Origin: the human T2T-CHM13v2.0 reference genome, Homo sapiens
Assembly: GCF_009914755.1 (NCBI RefSeq)
Contig: NC_060940.1
Length of the DNA: 64,000 nucleotides
Direction: 5' to 3' (one strand)
The notes under the pieces were generated by a model. It had not been told where the DNA came from, searched no databases, and saw only the letters and a program-made list of their open reading frames with translations. Both the position numbers and the translations under genes were made by a program. This document shows, one piece after another, positions 43,270 to 63,673 of this stretch (position 1 is its first letter; every line of letters begins with the position of its first letter).

Positions 43270-44824
43270 CTACCACAGGTATGGGGGGACACAGATAGGG
43301 GCCAGGCCAGCCCCTTTTCATCCACAGTCAGCACTTCTGGTGCTTGATCTCAGGCCCCTCTTTGAGCCACTGCTCCTTTGAGCCAGTCCACGGTGAGGGT
43401 TAGTGAACTCAGTTAGAGAGTGTCCCCCCAAACTCATGTCCTTACCAGAACCTCAGAATGTGAACTTGTTTGGAAATTGGGTCTTTGCAGATGTAATTAG
43501 TTAAGATGAGGTCATTCTGGAGTAGGGTGGGCCCTGAATCCAATCTGACTGGTGTTCTTGTAAAAGACACAAATACACACAGAGGAAAGAAGCTCATATG
43601 AACACAGGCAGAGATTGGACTGATGCAGTCATAAGTCAAAGAATGCAAAGAAGGCTAGCAGCCACCAAGAGCTAGGAGAGAGGCGTGGGAGAGACTCTTG
43701 AGCTTTGACAGAGAACATGGCCATGCTGATGCCTTGCTTTTGGAAACTAATACAATTCAGGGACCTCAAAGGGGTCCCGGGAACAGCTCTGACGCTCCTA
43801 GTTCACTTTAACCATGTACAAAATGACTGCTCCTCCTAGAGGCTTAAATGACCAATATATTGATGTGAAGGGAGTATATCTTTCTGAGCTTTGCATTGGG
43901 CTGCTAAAAATAACCAGCAGAGGAGCCCAGGCCTGACGCCTACTCCCTGCCTCCGGAAGCGCTCTTTTTTTCTGCCTCAGTTAGGAGTTGCAGGAACAGG
44001 CAGTCTTTGGCAAGTTCTGACTTTGGTTTTCTCCCTACTTTGAGGTTTGCTACTCCTTTGCCAAGTTTTTCTAAGCACATAACGGGTGCCACAGAAATTC
44101 TGCATTTGAACAGAGCAGCCCATATCCACAGTTCTAGCCAAAGCTGCTAAGAAGCCAAGGGTTTTCTTTTTTGCTCTTCAGCCTGGAATACTTTTGTCCC
44201 CTCTTAGCATCCTCATTTGAGTTCTACCATCATTTGTGTGTTCAACAGGCTGAGCACCTCGTATGTGCTCCGTTGCAGCTGATCCCTGCCTTCATGGAGC
44301 TTAGCTTTTCAAGGGGAAACAGACATGAAACAGTTATGTGATGAATGCAAGAAGCAAAGGGCAGGACTGCGAGAGAAGGATGTTGCAGGTGTGGCAGGGA
44401 AGCCTCTCCAAGCCCCTTTAGACTGTGATTGAAGGAAAGAAAAGATGCGGCTGTGTGCAGATCTGGGCCAGAGCCTGAAGTGGGAAACAGCTTGGGAGGT
44501 GCAGCAGGAAGAGCCACCTGGTGGGAGAGGAGGGCCGTGGGGGAGGGGTTGGAGGTGGTGAGCAGGGTTGAAGTGGGAGGGCCAAGGCAAGGCCAGATCG
44601 TACATGCAGGGATCCAGGGAAATGAGTATGGATTTCAGCCAAAGTGAAATAGTAAGCCATTGGAAGGTTTTTTTTTAAACTTTATTAAGATAAAATTTAC
44701 ATACTGTAAAATTCTCCTAAGTGTACAATGCAATGATTTGTAGTAAATGCACAGCGATATTCCAGCATCACCATTATCCAGTTTTAGGAGTTTTTTTATC
44801 ACCCAAAAAAGTTTTGTTATGTAA

Positions 44825-45004
<180 letters not shown>

Positions 45005-45860
45005 TAGATGGAGTCTCACTCTGTTGCCTAAGCTCGAGTGTAGGTTGAAATGGCCTGATCTTGGCTCACTGCAACCTCAGCCTTCCAGGTTCAAGCGATT
45101 CTCCTGCCTCAGCCTCCTGAGTAGCTGGGATTACCGGGGCGTGCCAACACGCCCGGCTAATTTTTGTATTTTTAATAGACACAGGGTTTCACCATATTGG
45201 CCAGGCTGGTCTTGAACTCCTGACCTCAAGTGATCCACCCCCGTTGGCCTCCCAAAGTGTTAGGATTATAGGCGTGAGCCACTGTGCCCGGCCCGAAAGT
45301 CATTTTTGTAAAACTCTTAGGAAATGGAAACGTCAAAGGATCAATTTCTTCTGTCCGTGCTGTGTATAGTATCTGTTGTGTAAAGGGCTGGGAGGGCATT
45401 AACAGCATCCCAGAAACTGGCGTTGAGGTTCTGAGGGGCAGGAGATTCTATCATAGGCTGCGTGTCTGGTAGGTGGCCCCCACGTCCAGTTGGGTACATT
45501 AGGGGTGCCCCTCATCCCATGTGGACTTGCAGGGTGGTGTGGGGGCTGCCAGCTGGGCAGACCAGACTCAAGCACGCTCACAGCCCGAGGTCCCTTCCAC
45601 CAGCTAAGACCTGGACAAAACATCTCCAGGTGCCTCTTTTTTCTTTTTCTTCATTTTTTCTATTTAATTCAGCAAATATTTTTTAAACATTTCTATGTTC
45701 CAGGCTGTATAGTAGGAGCCAGGCACCTGAAGAGGAGCAAGACATCGTCTGTGCCCTAAAGTCATTCACAATCTGAAAATAGAGTTGACAAGCACACAAA
45801 CGAAGCCAGAGTGAGCTGCCACAGAGCAGTGTAGGGAATGAGATGGGCAAGTAGGTGTGA

Positions 45861-46079
<219 letters not shown>

Positions 46080-46259
46080 TAGTAGAGAAGGGGTTTCACC
46101 ATGTTGGTTGGCCAGGATGGTCTCAATTTCTTGACCTCGTGATCTGCCTGCCTCGGCCTCCCAAAGTGCTGGGATTACAGGTGTGAGCCACTGCCCCCAG
46201 CCAATCACGGGGAATCTTAAAGGACAAATCCAATTTAACCAGATTGGGGGTGGGGGCAG

Positions 46260-47285
46260 ATTCGCAATTGCAAAAATGTGGAACCAGCCCAAATGCCAAT
46301 CAGTCAATGAGTGGATAAACATCATATATATATGATGGAATACTACTCAGCCATAAAAAGAAATGAATGAATGGCATTCGCAGCCACCTGGATGGGATTG
46401 GAGACTATTATTCTAAGTGAAGTGACTCAGGAATGGGAGACCAGACATCACACGTTCTCACTCATAAGTGGGAGCCAAACTGTGAGGATGCAAAGGCATA
46501 AGAATGATACAATGGGGCCAGGTGCGGTGGCTCCCACTTGTAATCCTAGCATTTTGGGAAGCTGAGGTGGGTGGATCACCTGAAGTCAGGAGTTTGAGAT
46601 TGGCCTGGTCAACATGGTGAAACCCCGTGTCTATTAAAAATACAAAAATTAGGCCAGGTGCAGTGGCACATACCTGTAATCCCAGCACTTCGGGAGGCTC
46701 AGTTGGGTGGATTGACTGAGCTCAGGAGTTCGAGACCAGTCTGGGAAGCACGGTGAAACCCCATCTCTGCTAAAGCACAAAAAATTAGCCAGGCGTGGCG
46801 GTGTGCACCTGTAGTCACAGCTACTCAGGAGGCTGAGGCAGGAGAATTGCTTGAAGCCGGGAGGCGGAGGTTGCAGTGAGCCCAGATCGCACCACTGCAC
46901 TTCAGCCTGGGGGACAGAGCAAGACTCTGTTTCAAATAAACAAACAAACAAAAAAACCCCCAAAATTAGCCGGGTGTGGTGGCGCGTGCCTGTAATTCCA
47001 GCTACTCAGGAGGCTGAGGCACAAGAATTGCTTGAACCCAGCAGGCGGAGGTTGCGGTGAGCCGAGATCGCACCACCACTGCACTCCAGCCTCAAAAAAA
47101 AAAAAAAGTTACAGTGGAATTTGGGAACTCGGGTGGGGAAGAATGGGAAGGAGGTGAGGGATAAAAGACTATAAATTGGTTTCAGTGTATACTGCTCAGG
47201 TCCTGGGTGTACCAAAATCTCTCAAATCACCACTCACGTAACCAAATACCACCTATTCCCCAAAAATCTATGGAAATAAAAAATG
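46260..47285 (+). mobile_element. L1P 3' end fragment with nested Alu-in-Alu (~46516-47107)
   Basis: atggaatactactcagccataaaaag...aaatctatggaaataaa. Confidence 0.7.
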
Positions 47286-48948
47286 AGAAAGAAAGAGAAT
47301 AGGTGAAGACCCAGAAAAAGCAAGGATACTGGTGGGACATTGCCCAAGTCAGTCTTCCTGGCTCTGGTGGGTGAGGGGGCAGAAGCTTAGCCACTGAGAG
47401 ATGGGAGTGGGGAAGCAGTCATGAAAGGGTGGCTTGAACTCGCCCCAGCTCTCACCAATCCCTTCCCCGCCCTCTCTTGCTCTCTCAGACCTCATTCCAA
47501 GCAACAGTTCTGCAGATACTGTTCTCACAACTCCTTCACACTAAAGCTACATGATGGAGAAAGTCTTAACTCATTCCGTTTCCTGTGTATATTTACATCT
47601 TAAGAGGAAACACTTTCAACCAGGCATGGTGGCTCATGGCTGTAATCCCAGCAGAGGCAGGAGGATTGCTTGAGCCCAGGAGTTCCAGGCCAGCCTGGGC
47701 AACACACCAAGACCCCCGTCTCTTTAAAAAAAAAAAAAAAAAAAAAAAGGGCCAGGCATGCTGGTTCATGCCTATAATCTCGGCTCTTTGGGACGCCAAG
47801 GCGGGTGGATCACCTGAGGTCAGGAGTTCGAGACCAGCCTGGCCAACATGGGGAAACACTGTCTCTACTAAAAATACAAAAATTAGCCGGGTGTGGTGGC
47901 ACGTGCCTGTAATCCTAGCTACTCAAGAGGCTGAGGCAGGAGAACCGCTTGAACCCAGGAGGTGGCGGTTGTAGTGATCTGAGATTATGCTACTGCACTC
48001 CAGCGTGGGTGACAGAGTCAGATCCTGTCTCAAAAAAAAAAAAGGAAAAACTTTAAGAACATGATGACTTAATGGAATTACTTGTTTACAGTAGGATTTT
48101 ATACCTTGAGCCGGGAGCCGGAAGGAATGCACTTTTGACCAAGGATTGTAGCAGGGACACATAGAGCCACCGTGGGCTGGGTGCTTCCACCAATGAGGGC
48201 CTCTCTCTCGGGGTGTGTATTTGGGGGGCAGGGAAAGAAGGCCTTGATGAAGCCCTGAGGTGGGGTTTGTGCCGGGGGAACCTGCTTTTCCATCCCTCTC
48301 TCATTTAACTCCAAGTCCCAAGCCTCCTTTCCTCCCTGTCTTCCTCCCACCCGCTCCAAACAATCTGCCTGTGACTGGTTTTTCTGCTCTCTGTGCTACT
48401 TGAACAGGAGGCTGTCAGGAGCTGTTCTGCTCCAACGAGGAGAACCATTGACTCATTTGTGGGTGCTCCTTGTCTTGACCTCGAGTTTTGTTTCAAGCCC
48501 TTTGGAGGGTTCCCTCTTTTTTTCTTTTGAGACAAGTTCTCGCACTGTCACCCAGGCTGGGATGCAATGGCATGATCATAGCTCACTGCAGCCTCAATCT
48601 CCCAAGTCTCAAGTGATCCTCCTGCCTCAGCCTCCCAAGTAGCTGGGACCACAGGCACGGGTCACCATGCCCAGCTGATTTTTGTGTTTTTTTGTGGAGA
48701 TGGATTTTTCTCATGTTGCCCAGGCAGGTCTCCGAATCCTGAGCTCAGGCAATCCGCCCACCTCGGTCTCCCAAAGTGCTGGGATTCTAGGCATGAGCCA
48801 CTGCGCCTGGTCATATGAGAGGGCATTTGAGCAGAGACTGGGGCAAAGTGGAGTGTGAGCCGCGTGGATGTCAGGGGAAAAGTATTCAGAAAGATAGGAG
48901 AGCCTTGCAAGGGACGTGAACTCCATGTGGGCTGGATGTGTGTGCTGA

Positions 48949-49314
<366 letters not shown>

Positions 49315-50585
49315 TAAATAGAGGATCAGGCTGTGAACCAGGTCATCAGGACGGGTCATCTGCTTCCCCACGGGTGTGGTTGGGCTGCAGGGACCTTGTT
49401 GCTGAGACTAGGAACAGCTCCTTGAGGCAGGTGCTGCATTAGTTTCTGGGGCTGCTGTAGCAAGGTGCCATCAACTGGGAGGCTTAAACCACAGAAATGT
49501 ATGGTCTCACCGTTCAGGAGTGCTGGGATTATAGGCATGAGCCAAGGATTGCCTTTCCTTGAAAGTGACTCATACGCTCCGCTTTCCTCCACAGTCATTT
49601 CACCCTCTCCCTGGTTTGGTAACTGAAGCCTTCTGAAATGAACCAGTGTCAGGCTCCAGTGAGGACTCCATCCCCAATTCAGGAAGCACAGAGGTGGAGC
49701 ATAATCCCCCCAATTTGTTTATGTGCGGCTGACTTCTCTCAAGATGGTGTGCCTGTTTGGGAAAGCTTTTGTTTGCAAGACAATGTGAAAGAAATCCTTA
49801 AAGCTCACAGACTGCTGGGTGGATATGACATTCTGGCCCTTGGTTCCCCCAAGAAAACAGCAACTTGCAGATAGCAAGTCAAACTTGTCAGCAGAATCCA
49901 GGGATGTTCCTCGAGGCCTGACAAGTTAAGAGCAATCATGGGAAGGCATTCAGAGGACCGCAGCAGAGGATCAGGTCAAGGGAAACCTACCTCCTAAAGG
50001 AAAGATCGAGAAGAACCATGCGCCCCACCACCCACCTGGGCTGCTCAGCTGGGCACAGAAGCAGCCAAGGATATTTTCATTCGGATGCTCACATATGACT
50101 GAGTTGCCACATGAGGATGATCCGTGGCGATTTTCCACCTTGAGGCAAAGCAGGACAATGCGTGTAAAGAGGTTTGCAGCCCCGGGACCGGGTTTTCAGC
50201 TGGTTTTTCTACCCCAAAGTCCAATGCGTGCAGGCTGTCATCAGCACCACAGACAGCACCAGAACCCATCATAATGTCCCAGAAGGTTTTATTGCTAAAT
50301 TAGTGTCAGAGCTCCAGGGAACACATTCAGATATAGTCACACTGAGTCAGAGCTCGAGGGAAGAGCTGTAAGCTGGGAACCAGAGAACCGATGACAAGGC
50401 AGCGGCCTCTTCTGGCAGCTTCCGGAGGAGCCCCCACTTAATGGGACGTCATCACTTGAGGCAGCAGGTAACGTTTACTTGGCACTTAGTATGTTACGGG
50501 CACCATTTCCAGTATTCTAGAAACACAATACTCACAGCAGTGGAGGTAACATTGAGGTAGGGGCTGGGTTTTGTTTTTTTTTTGA

Positions 50586-50858
<273 letters not shown>

Positions 50859-51637
50859 TAGGGGTTATTATTATCGCAATTTTACTGATGAGAAAACTGA
50901 GTCCCAGAGAAGTTGGTGACTGCTCAAGGACACAGACAGCTAGGACTTGAATTCAGGCAGCCTGGCCACAGAACCACACCATCAACCGCTATGCTATACT
51001 GTGTTTTGTAAAATGACATGATGGCCATGTGATGCAATGTAATGATACAGCAGAGTTTTGTGCTCAGGATGTAAAAATGAGTATGTGCTGCCTCTCAGGG
51101 TTATCTGTTGAGTTCTGGCTCATGACCTGAACTATTTTTTCCAAGACCCTTCCTTCTCCCACTGGGAAAGATACTATATTTGGTACCTGAACAAATAGCC
51201 TTTAGGATATCAGTTTATGGGTCTTTTTAGAATTTGTGGCTGGGTGCAGTGGCTCATGCCTGTAATCCCAGCACTTTGGGAGGACAAGGCAAGAGGATCA
51301 CTTGAGGCCGGGAGTTCGAGACCAGCCAAGTCCATGTAGTGAGATCCCATCTCTACAAAAAATTTAAAAGTTAGCTTGGCATGGTGGCATACACCTGTTG
51401 TCCCAGCTACTCAGGAGGTGAGATGGGAAGATTGCTTGAGCCCAGGAGTTTGAGGCTGCAGTGAGCCTAGGTGACAGAGCAGGACCTCATCTATTAATTA
51501 AAAAAAAAAAAAAAGGAAAAAAGAAAAAAGAATTTGTGTTGAGTGGGATTGGAGAGTTGAAACAGACCAAGAGGTTGTCCAAGGTTGTCCTCAAAGCTGA
51601 GAAACAAGACTCAACCCTGGGTCAGTTGCAGTTGAAC

Positions 51638-51643
51638 TTTATT
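51638..51643 (-). terminator. C16orf89: C16orf89 poly(A) signal AATAAA
   Basis: tttatt on +, ~205 nt past the stop of the non-repeat last exon. Confidence 0.75.
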
Positions 51644-51847
51644 CATCCGTTCACACCTGGGTCCCTCCCGGCCCCCACCTACCCTGGCCCTGCCTACTCA
51701 GGGCTTCCAAGATTGGGTGTCGGGGTGGCTTTGCTTATCCTCCAGATGCCTTCTTCCCAGGATGTGATCCGTGCCCTCCAGGATCTAAGGGATGAGGACT
51801 AAAGGGGTCTGTTCCTCCTCCAGGCAGCTGGCATGGAACCGTCCGTC

Positions 51848-51978
51848 TCAGCGGCTGCTTGGTGGTGGCGGTGTGGATGGGTGTGGCTCTCTGTTTGCTG
51901 GGGGGTATTCTGCCAGGATGTATAGGAAGCCACCCAGGGCTGCCACTGCTGTGGCTGTGTTGTGGGAGGAGCAGCCAT
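51848..51978 (-). CDS. C16orf89: C16orf89 non-repeat last exon (DGCSSHNTATAVAALGGFLYILAEY...PPPPSSR*)
   Basis: ccctag| acceptor, phase 1, TGA at 51850-51848; AATAAA at 51638-51643. Confidence 0.88.
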
Positions 51979-52082
51979 CTAGGGGAGAGAGCCCCCATGA
52001 GTGCTGGGTGGCAAGAACCTTGGCCCTTTATTCAACACAGTCTCATTGAAAGTGCTTTTCAGCCAGACACGGTGGCTCACAC

Positions 52083-52370
<288 letters not shown>

Positions 52371-53861
52371 TCATTCCAGGCAACTTGCAAGACGCTGAGT
52401 GGGTGCTTCGGTGCTCCCTTAGGCCCCTTTTGCTGGGCCGGGTGCTCTTCCGCCAGCTGCTAAGGGCTCCCTTCTCTGGGAGGTATGTCCCTCCCAAATA
52501 ACTTACCAATACAGGGATACAAAAGCCTGGCCACCTTGTCCCAGGGGGATGACTCTGGTGCAATTTATGCTCCAAGGCATTCCCCTCCCACCCCTGCGGG
52601 GGGATCTGGCCTGAGGCCGCATCCTGTCCAGCTCCTGCCTGGCTTAGCCTGCTTCCCTGACTTACGTACCTCAATAAACCCACGCACCGGAGTCCTGTCC
52701 CAGGTCCTGTGTAAGACCTTCTGAGATGGGGAAACTGAGGCTTGGGTAGCCGAGCTGAGCCCCTGGCCCTGGTGACTCCACAGCTCATTTCCTGACCCCA
52801 GTGGCCTTCCTCTTAGTTGCCTCTGGTCTGCCTGGTCCCGTGTGACCTCATGGCTCATGGAGTCAGAGTCTCAGGCCTGAGCACTTGCCTGAGATAATAA
52901 CCCTTAGATGTAGTTAGTTCTTTGAGCTCAAAGTGGGCTGCACGCCTCTAGTCTCACAATCTGTCTGCTTGTGGAAGGGAGCCAGGAATTCTTTCCTCCC
53001 TACCCAGAGACTTTGGGAAGGGGAGGGGACCCCAGCCAGGTCCGTTGAAGGGAGGGAGAATGCAGATTTCAAGGTGCCGAATGACTAACCCTGGCAGTTC
53101 ATGCCTCTCAGTGGCCTACTGTATGCCAAATACAATGGGGAGGGCTTTGCACGATGATCAGTTGTTAGCCCCCAACAGTTTGGTGCCCATTTTACAGATG
53201 AGGAAAATGAGGCTCAGTGAGGTTGTGTGACTTTCGCAGCAAGTTAGAGGCAGAAGCGGGACTCGAACCCACACAACCTGACCTCAAACCCTGTGCTCCT
53301 AATCTCTACACCAGCTGCCTCCTGCTCCGTGGGCTTGTGTCATAAGTGCAAGAATCAGCACACCCCTCCTGGGCAGTTTTCTAGGCTGCTGGTCAACCTG
53401 GAGGTGTTCCAGGAAAGGCCTTGGGCTCTGGAATTTCTGTGGCTTCCGCTCCAGTCCCTAGGACAGTCCTCGTGTTGGGCTCTGGGGACGGGCAGCTGAC
53501 CAGGTAGTACACAGCAGGCCCCTACCACCCTAGCCATAGGCAGCCCCAGCCCCTCTGTGTCATAAAGGCCTAGCTAGGGTAGGACCTCTGGAAGTCTCCT
53601 GGGAACTTCTCTCCCTTCTCCTGCGTGACTTTTGGTGGCAGCTACGAAACTGACTCACTGGATTTCTGCTTTCACTCTCTCCTGTCCACCTGTAGGTGGA
53701 TGATGAGGCCACAGTGGGGTTGATGGAGAGATGTTTAGTTACTGGAATCATATACCCACATATGTTGGACATCCACTCTGTGAGCTGGCTATTCCATATC
53801 CCTTCCTGTTTTTGCCTGCACTTATTTATTTTTTATTTTATTTTATTTTATTTTATTATAA

Positions 53862-54014
<153 letters not shown>

Positions 54015-55377
54015 TAATTTTTGCATTTTTAGTAGAGATGGGGTTTCACCATGTTGGCCAGGCTGGTCTCAAACTTCTGACCTCAGGTGTTCCACCCGCC
54101 TTAGCCTCCCAAAGTGCTAGGATTACAGGCATGAGCCACTGTGGCTGTCCTATTTATTTTTTATTAATGAAAAATTGAAATCAAAGTCCTCTCTTTCTTC
54201 TTGGTTCCTCCCTTCCTGTGTCCCCCTCCTTCCCTTTCTTCTACGTTATTTCTTGACTTTCTTCTATGTTATTTCTTGCCTTTCTTCCCATCCCAATATA
54301 CTTATATCCTGTTCTCACTTTCTTTACATTGGCCAACTGACCATACAGTTTATTGTCGCAACCAGGACACTTTGGAGGAAAGAGGGCACTATTCATAATG
54401 GCTCCAAGACAACAGGTGTAAACTGGGGCAGCTCTGGGAGCACTGGGCTGTGTGGCCACCAAAACTGTTCTGGTCACTTGCCCATTCATTGGCTTTCGGG
54501 TCCCTTCTCTGCCTTTCCTTATTCCAAACTCCAGCACACAGACCCCTCCAAACTACATTTCCCAGGATGTCTTGCCTACTGGTTTCGACCAACAGGAGGT
54601 GCAGGTGGAATGAGGGGAGAAGCCAGAATATTTCTCCCTTCCTCTCTCTGTCTCCCCCTTGTTCAGCCCCTGCAGGCCCTATTAACACTGCCTCCTCCTG
54701 CCATTCTCCAGCTCTAGGGAGGGTAGTGGCTTCCTGCAACAGTAAAATCTCTGGGTTTTTCCACCTTTTCTGTTTTCAGCTCTTACAACACCTCTGAGAT
54801 GAGTTTCCTCTAGTAAATTCCCTCTGTTGAAGTTCCTGACGCAGGTTCTATTTTCCTGACCAGACCTTGACTTAGAAGGGTTACTGTTGCTATTTTTAAC
54901 AACTGAAACTTCTCTTTTATGCTCCTTTAACAAAAGACAGTATCTCTTGGACTCCCCACTTTCTTTCTTTCTTTTTTTTTTTTTTGAGACAGGGTCTTGC
55001 TCTGTCACCTGGGCTGGAGTGCAGTGGTGCGATCTCAGCTCACTGAAGCCTCCACCTCCTGGGTTCAAGTAAATCTCATGCCTCAGACTCCTGAGTAACT
55101 GGGACTACAGGCGTGTGCCACCATGCCCAGCTAAGTTTTGTATTTTTAGTAGAGACAGGGTTTTGTTATGTTGCCCAGGCTATCTCCCCACTTTCTAAGA
55201 GGAGGCCATCAGGGACCCCCAGCCTCCCTTCCACCTCTCAACATGAAGGCCCTCTGATTAGTGCCCCTTTGGTGATGCCAAGTGCTTTTCTTCCATAGCA
55301 GAGAATAAACACAGGCCTCTGTTTTGCTAGGATATCTTAGTTTCATGTCAAGAAACTCCCTTGGGTATTTTCATTAC

Positions 55378-55464
55378 CTGGAAATTGTTTTTCTCGCCTC
55401 TTCACTCTCCTCGAAAAATGCTGCTGATATTGAATAGCTTTAGATAATTCTTCATCTTCAGCAT
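55378..55464 (-). CDS. C16orf89: C16orf89 penultimate exon (DAEDEELSKAIQYQQHFSRRVKRREKQFP)
   Basis: tcccag| acceptor, CAG|gtaatg donor; 87 nt, phase 1-1; too short for the ORF track. Confidence 0.9.
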
Positions 55465-56064
55465 CTGGGAGAAGAGCAAAAGTTGAACTTCTCAAGAGAG
55501 ATTTTTATTTTTTACATTTTTATTTCTTTTTACTGCTTTTATTGTAGAGACAGGGTCTCATTCTATTGGCCAGGCTGGGTGCAGTAACACAATCATAGCT
55601 CACCACAGCCTCGAACTCCCAAGCTCACAGAATCCTTCCTGCCTCAGCCTACCAAGTAGCTCGGACTACAGGCATGGACTACCATGTCCAGCTATTTAAA
55701 AAAAATTTTTTTTTGGTAGAGATGGGGTCTTGCTATGTTGCCCAGGCTGGACTTGAACTCCTGAGCTCAAGTGACCCTCCAGCCTTGGCCTCCCAAAGTA
55801 CTGGATTATATGTGTGAGCCCCTGCAGCTGGTCTCAAGCTGAATTTTTAAATGTTACTCACTAAACCTCCTGCCCCCATAACATTTCAAGGAAGTTAGGT
55901 CTTCTCTTGAAACTTGAGGCTATTCCGGAAGTTTCCTCCTGCACCTGTCTGCAGATCCTTTTGCATGGCCTAAACTTGTCATCTACTGATGGTTTTCCAA
56001 ACTGTGGCTCCCCAAACACCCACCATCAGAACCACTGGAGGTGCCTGTTAAAAATGGAAGTCCC

Positions 56065-61510
<5,446 letters not shown>

Positions 61511-62128
61511 AAAAATGCAAGTTCCACAGCCCCATCCCCAACCCGCCGAAGCTATACATCTGGAGGCCTAAGAATCTTCATCGTATAAACTCTTTTAAAA
61601 ACGCACCATCTTATTTCAAAAGCTTTTGCTTCGTGGAGCATCCCAAGCTTCTAATGAGGACACTAGCATTTCCTGGGAGCTGCCGTGTACCTGGCACAGG
61701 CTATGCGGCTTCAAATGTATTACGTTGACTCTCCTTGCAGCTCAGGAAGGTGGGGATTACTATGCTCATTTATTTTCAGACAGGGAAATTGAGGCTGAGA
61801 GGGGTGAAGCGACTTATTGCAAAGGGACCAGCTGTCCATTGTCACATGGCTGGGAAGTGGCTGAGTCCTCTGCCTCTCCACCCTCTGCTACGTCACCTCC
61901 TCCCATGTAGTTGTTCCCAGTCACCCACCTGGAGAGCCTTTCCTGGACTTCTCTTCTTCCTCACCCTGTCGTCTCCTTTATAGCTCTTATCAGAATGTGC
62001 AATTATTTCACTTCTTGGTTTGTTTAGGTGATTTATGTTTCTTTTCCTCAGGCCTCTAGTTTTCCCTAGAGCCTAGATGGTGTCTGGTACATTAGTGGGT
62101 GCTCAATACGTACTTGCTGAATGAATGC

Positions 62129-62489
62129 TGATGTGGTTTGGCTGTGTCCCCACCCAAGTCTCATCTTGAATTGTAGCTCCCATAATTTCCATGTGCTGTG
62201 GGAGGGACCTGGTGGGAGGTAATTGAATCATGGGGGCCGTTTCCCCCATACCGTTCTCACGGTAATGAATAAGTCTCACAGATCTGATGGTTTTATAAGG
62301 GGTTTCCCTTTGTGCTTGCTTCTCATTCTCTCTTGTCTGCCACTATGTGAGACGTCCCTTTCGCCTTCCACTATGATTGTGAGGCCTCCCCAGCAGTGTG
62401 CAACTGTGAGTCCATTAAACCTCTTTTTCTTTATAAATCACCCAGTCTTGGGTTTGTCTTTATCATCAGCATAAAAACAGTACAATACA
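62129..62489 (+). mobile_element. MST/THE1 MaLR solo LTR
   Basis: tgatgtggtttggctgtgtcccc...aataca; near-TSD aatgc/aatgg. Confidence 0.8.
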
Positions 62490-62742
62490 AATGGGCTTGT
62501 TAATGCAGCTGTAGGGGCCAACACCTTCCAATAAGACGGCCTCCTGTCTTGCCACATTTTGGCTTCCAAGGCTCCGAGCCCGTTTCTCCTTGTGTGTACA
62601 CGTCTGTGTGTGTGCACCTGTAGGTTACAAATCCCTTGGCAACCTTAACACCAATGCATTGTTCCCACACCTGGCCTAGAAACTCAGAGCCACCCCCACC
62701 CCCACTGCCCCCCTTCTTAGCCAGGGCAGCAGCGCAGCTCAC

Positions 62743-62847
62743 CAGGCTCCCCGAAGCATCCTTCCTGCTGTTTCTGCCAGCTGAGAATGGCCTCCAGCCA
62801 CCGGAGCTTGTAGAAGTCGGAGAAGCCGCCCATTCCACAGAACATGA
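62743..62847 (-). CDS. C16orf89: C16orf89 exon (IMFCGMGGFSDFYKLRWLEAILSWQKQQEGCFGEP)
   Basis: ttccag| acceptor, G|gtgagc donor; 105 nt, phase 1-1. Confidence 0.92.
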
Positions 62848-63244
62848 CTGGAAGTAAAGACGGGGGCCCTCTGCAGGCCTGCCCCCCAGGCCCACCTCCT
62901 CCCACTCCCCAGGGCTGCCACGGTGCCACCTGCCTTCATCTGCCTGGGTTAGGCTTAGGAGGTGGGCGTTCAATGCAGAGGAGGGAAGGAGGCAGCTTGA
63001 GCCTTTGCCTGACCAACTAGGGGCTCCCATGCTTGTGTCCCGCCTCCCACTGAGGGCCTTGGTCAGGGCTGCTCCAAAGTCAGGATCAGTGGAGGAGTTT
63101 GGACACCCCAGCCAGCTAGCAGCCTCCCAAGCGCTCCCTGTCTGCCTCATCCATAAGGCTTTGTGGGTCTGTCTGCCAGTCACCTGGTCCATCTGTGTAG
63201 AGCTCCGTCACTGGGGCAGCCTTTGGGGGCAGGAAACTGTCACA

Positions 63245-63432
63245 CAGTGGCAGGTAAAATACAGGATGCCCAGTTACATTTGAGTTTTCGATAAACAATG
63301 AATATAATTTTTGAGTGTAAGTATATCCCATGAAATAGTTGGGATAAACTTATACTAAAAATGGATTCATTGCTTATCTGAAGTTCAAATTTAACTGAGC
63401 ACTCTGTATTTTTACTTGCTTAATCTGGCAAC

Positions 63433-63435
<3 letters not shown>
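63245..63435. mobile_element. MER53 palindromic hAT MITE
   Basis: aaaatacaggatgcccagtta...taactgagcactctgtattttt...ctggcaac self-complementary. Confidence 0.8.

Positions 63436-63485
<50 letters not shown>
63436..63485. repeat. (GT)25 microsatellite
   Basis: Direct count. Confidence 0.97.
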
Positions 63486-63486
<1 letters not shown>

Positions 63487-63537
63487 GGTGGGGGGACACC
63501 CTGTTCCTTTGCCCCGGGGGCAGAATGCTGGCCATAC

Positions 63538-63673
63538 TGTTTTCCATGAAGATGTCCCGGGTAGGGTAGGCGTATCCGATGGCCTCAGCTCTGCGGTTCA
63601 AGTCCATCATGTTGGCGCAGAAGAGGTTGATATAGTCCTGGCTCTGTTGGAGTGGTCCCTGTGTGCACCCCCT
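63538..63673 (-). CDS. C16orf89: C16orf89 internal exon (RGCTQGPLQQSQDYINLFCANMMDLN...DIFMEN)
   Basis: ccccag| acceptor, A|gtatgg donor; 136 nt, phase 0-1; peptide recognised as C16orf89 (DUF4735). Confidence 0.92.

Noticed and set aside
43904-43913. MEF2-like site ctaaaaataa near an ETS ccggaag
   Set aside because: Short motifs occur often by chance and there is no supporting cluster.
62500-63192. 230-aa minus-strand ORF
   Set aside because: Off-frame overlap of the real 105-nt C16orf89 exon plus intron.
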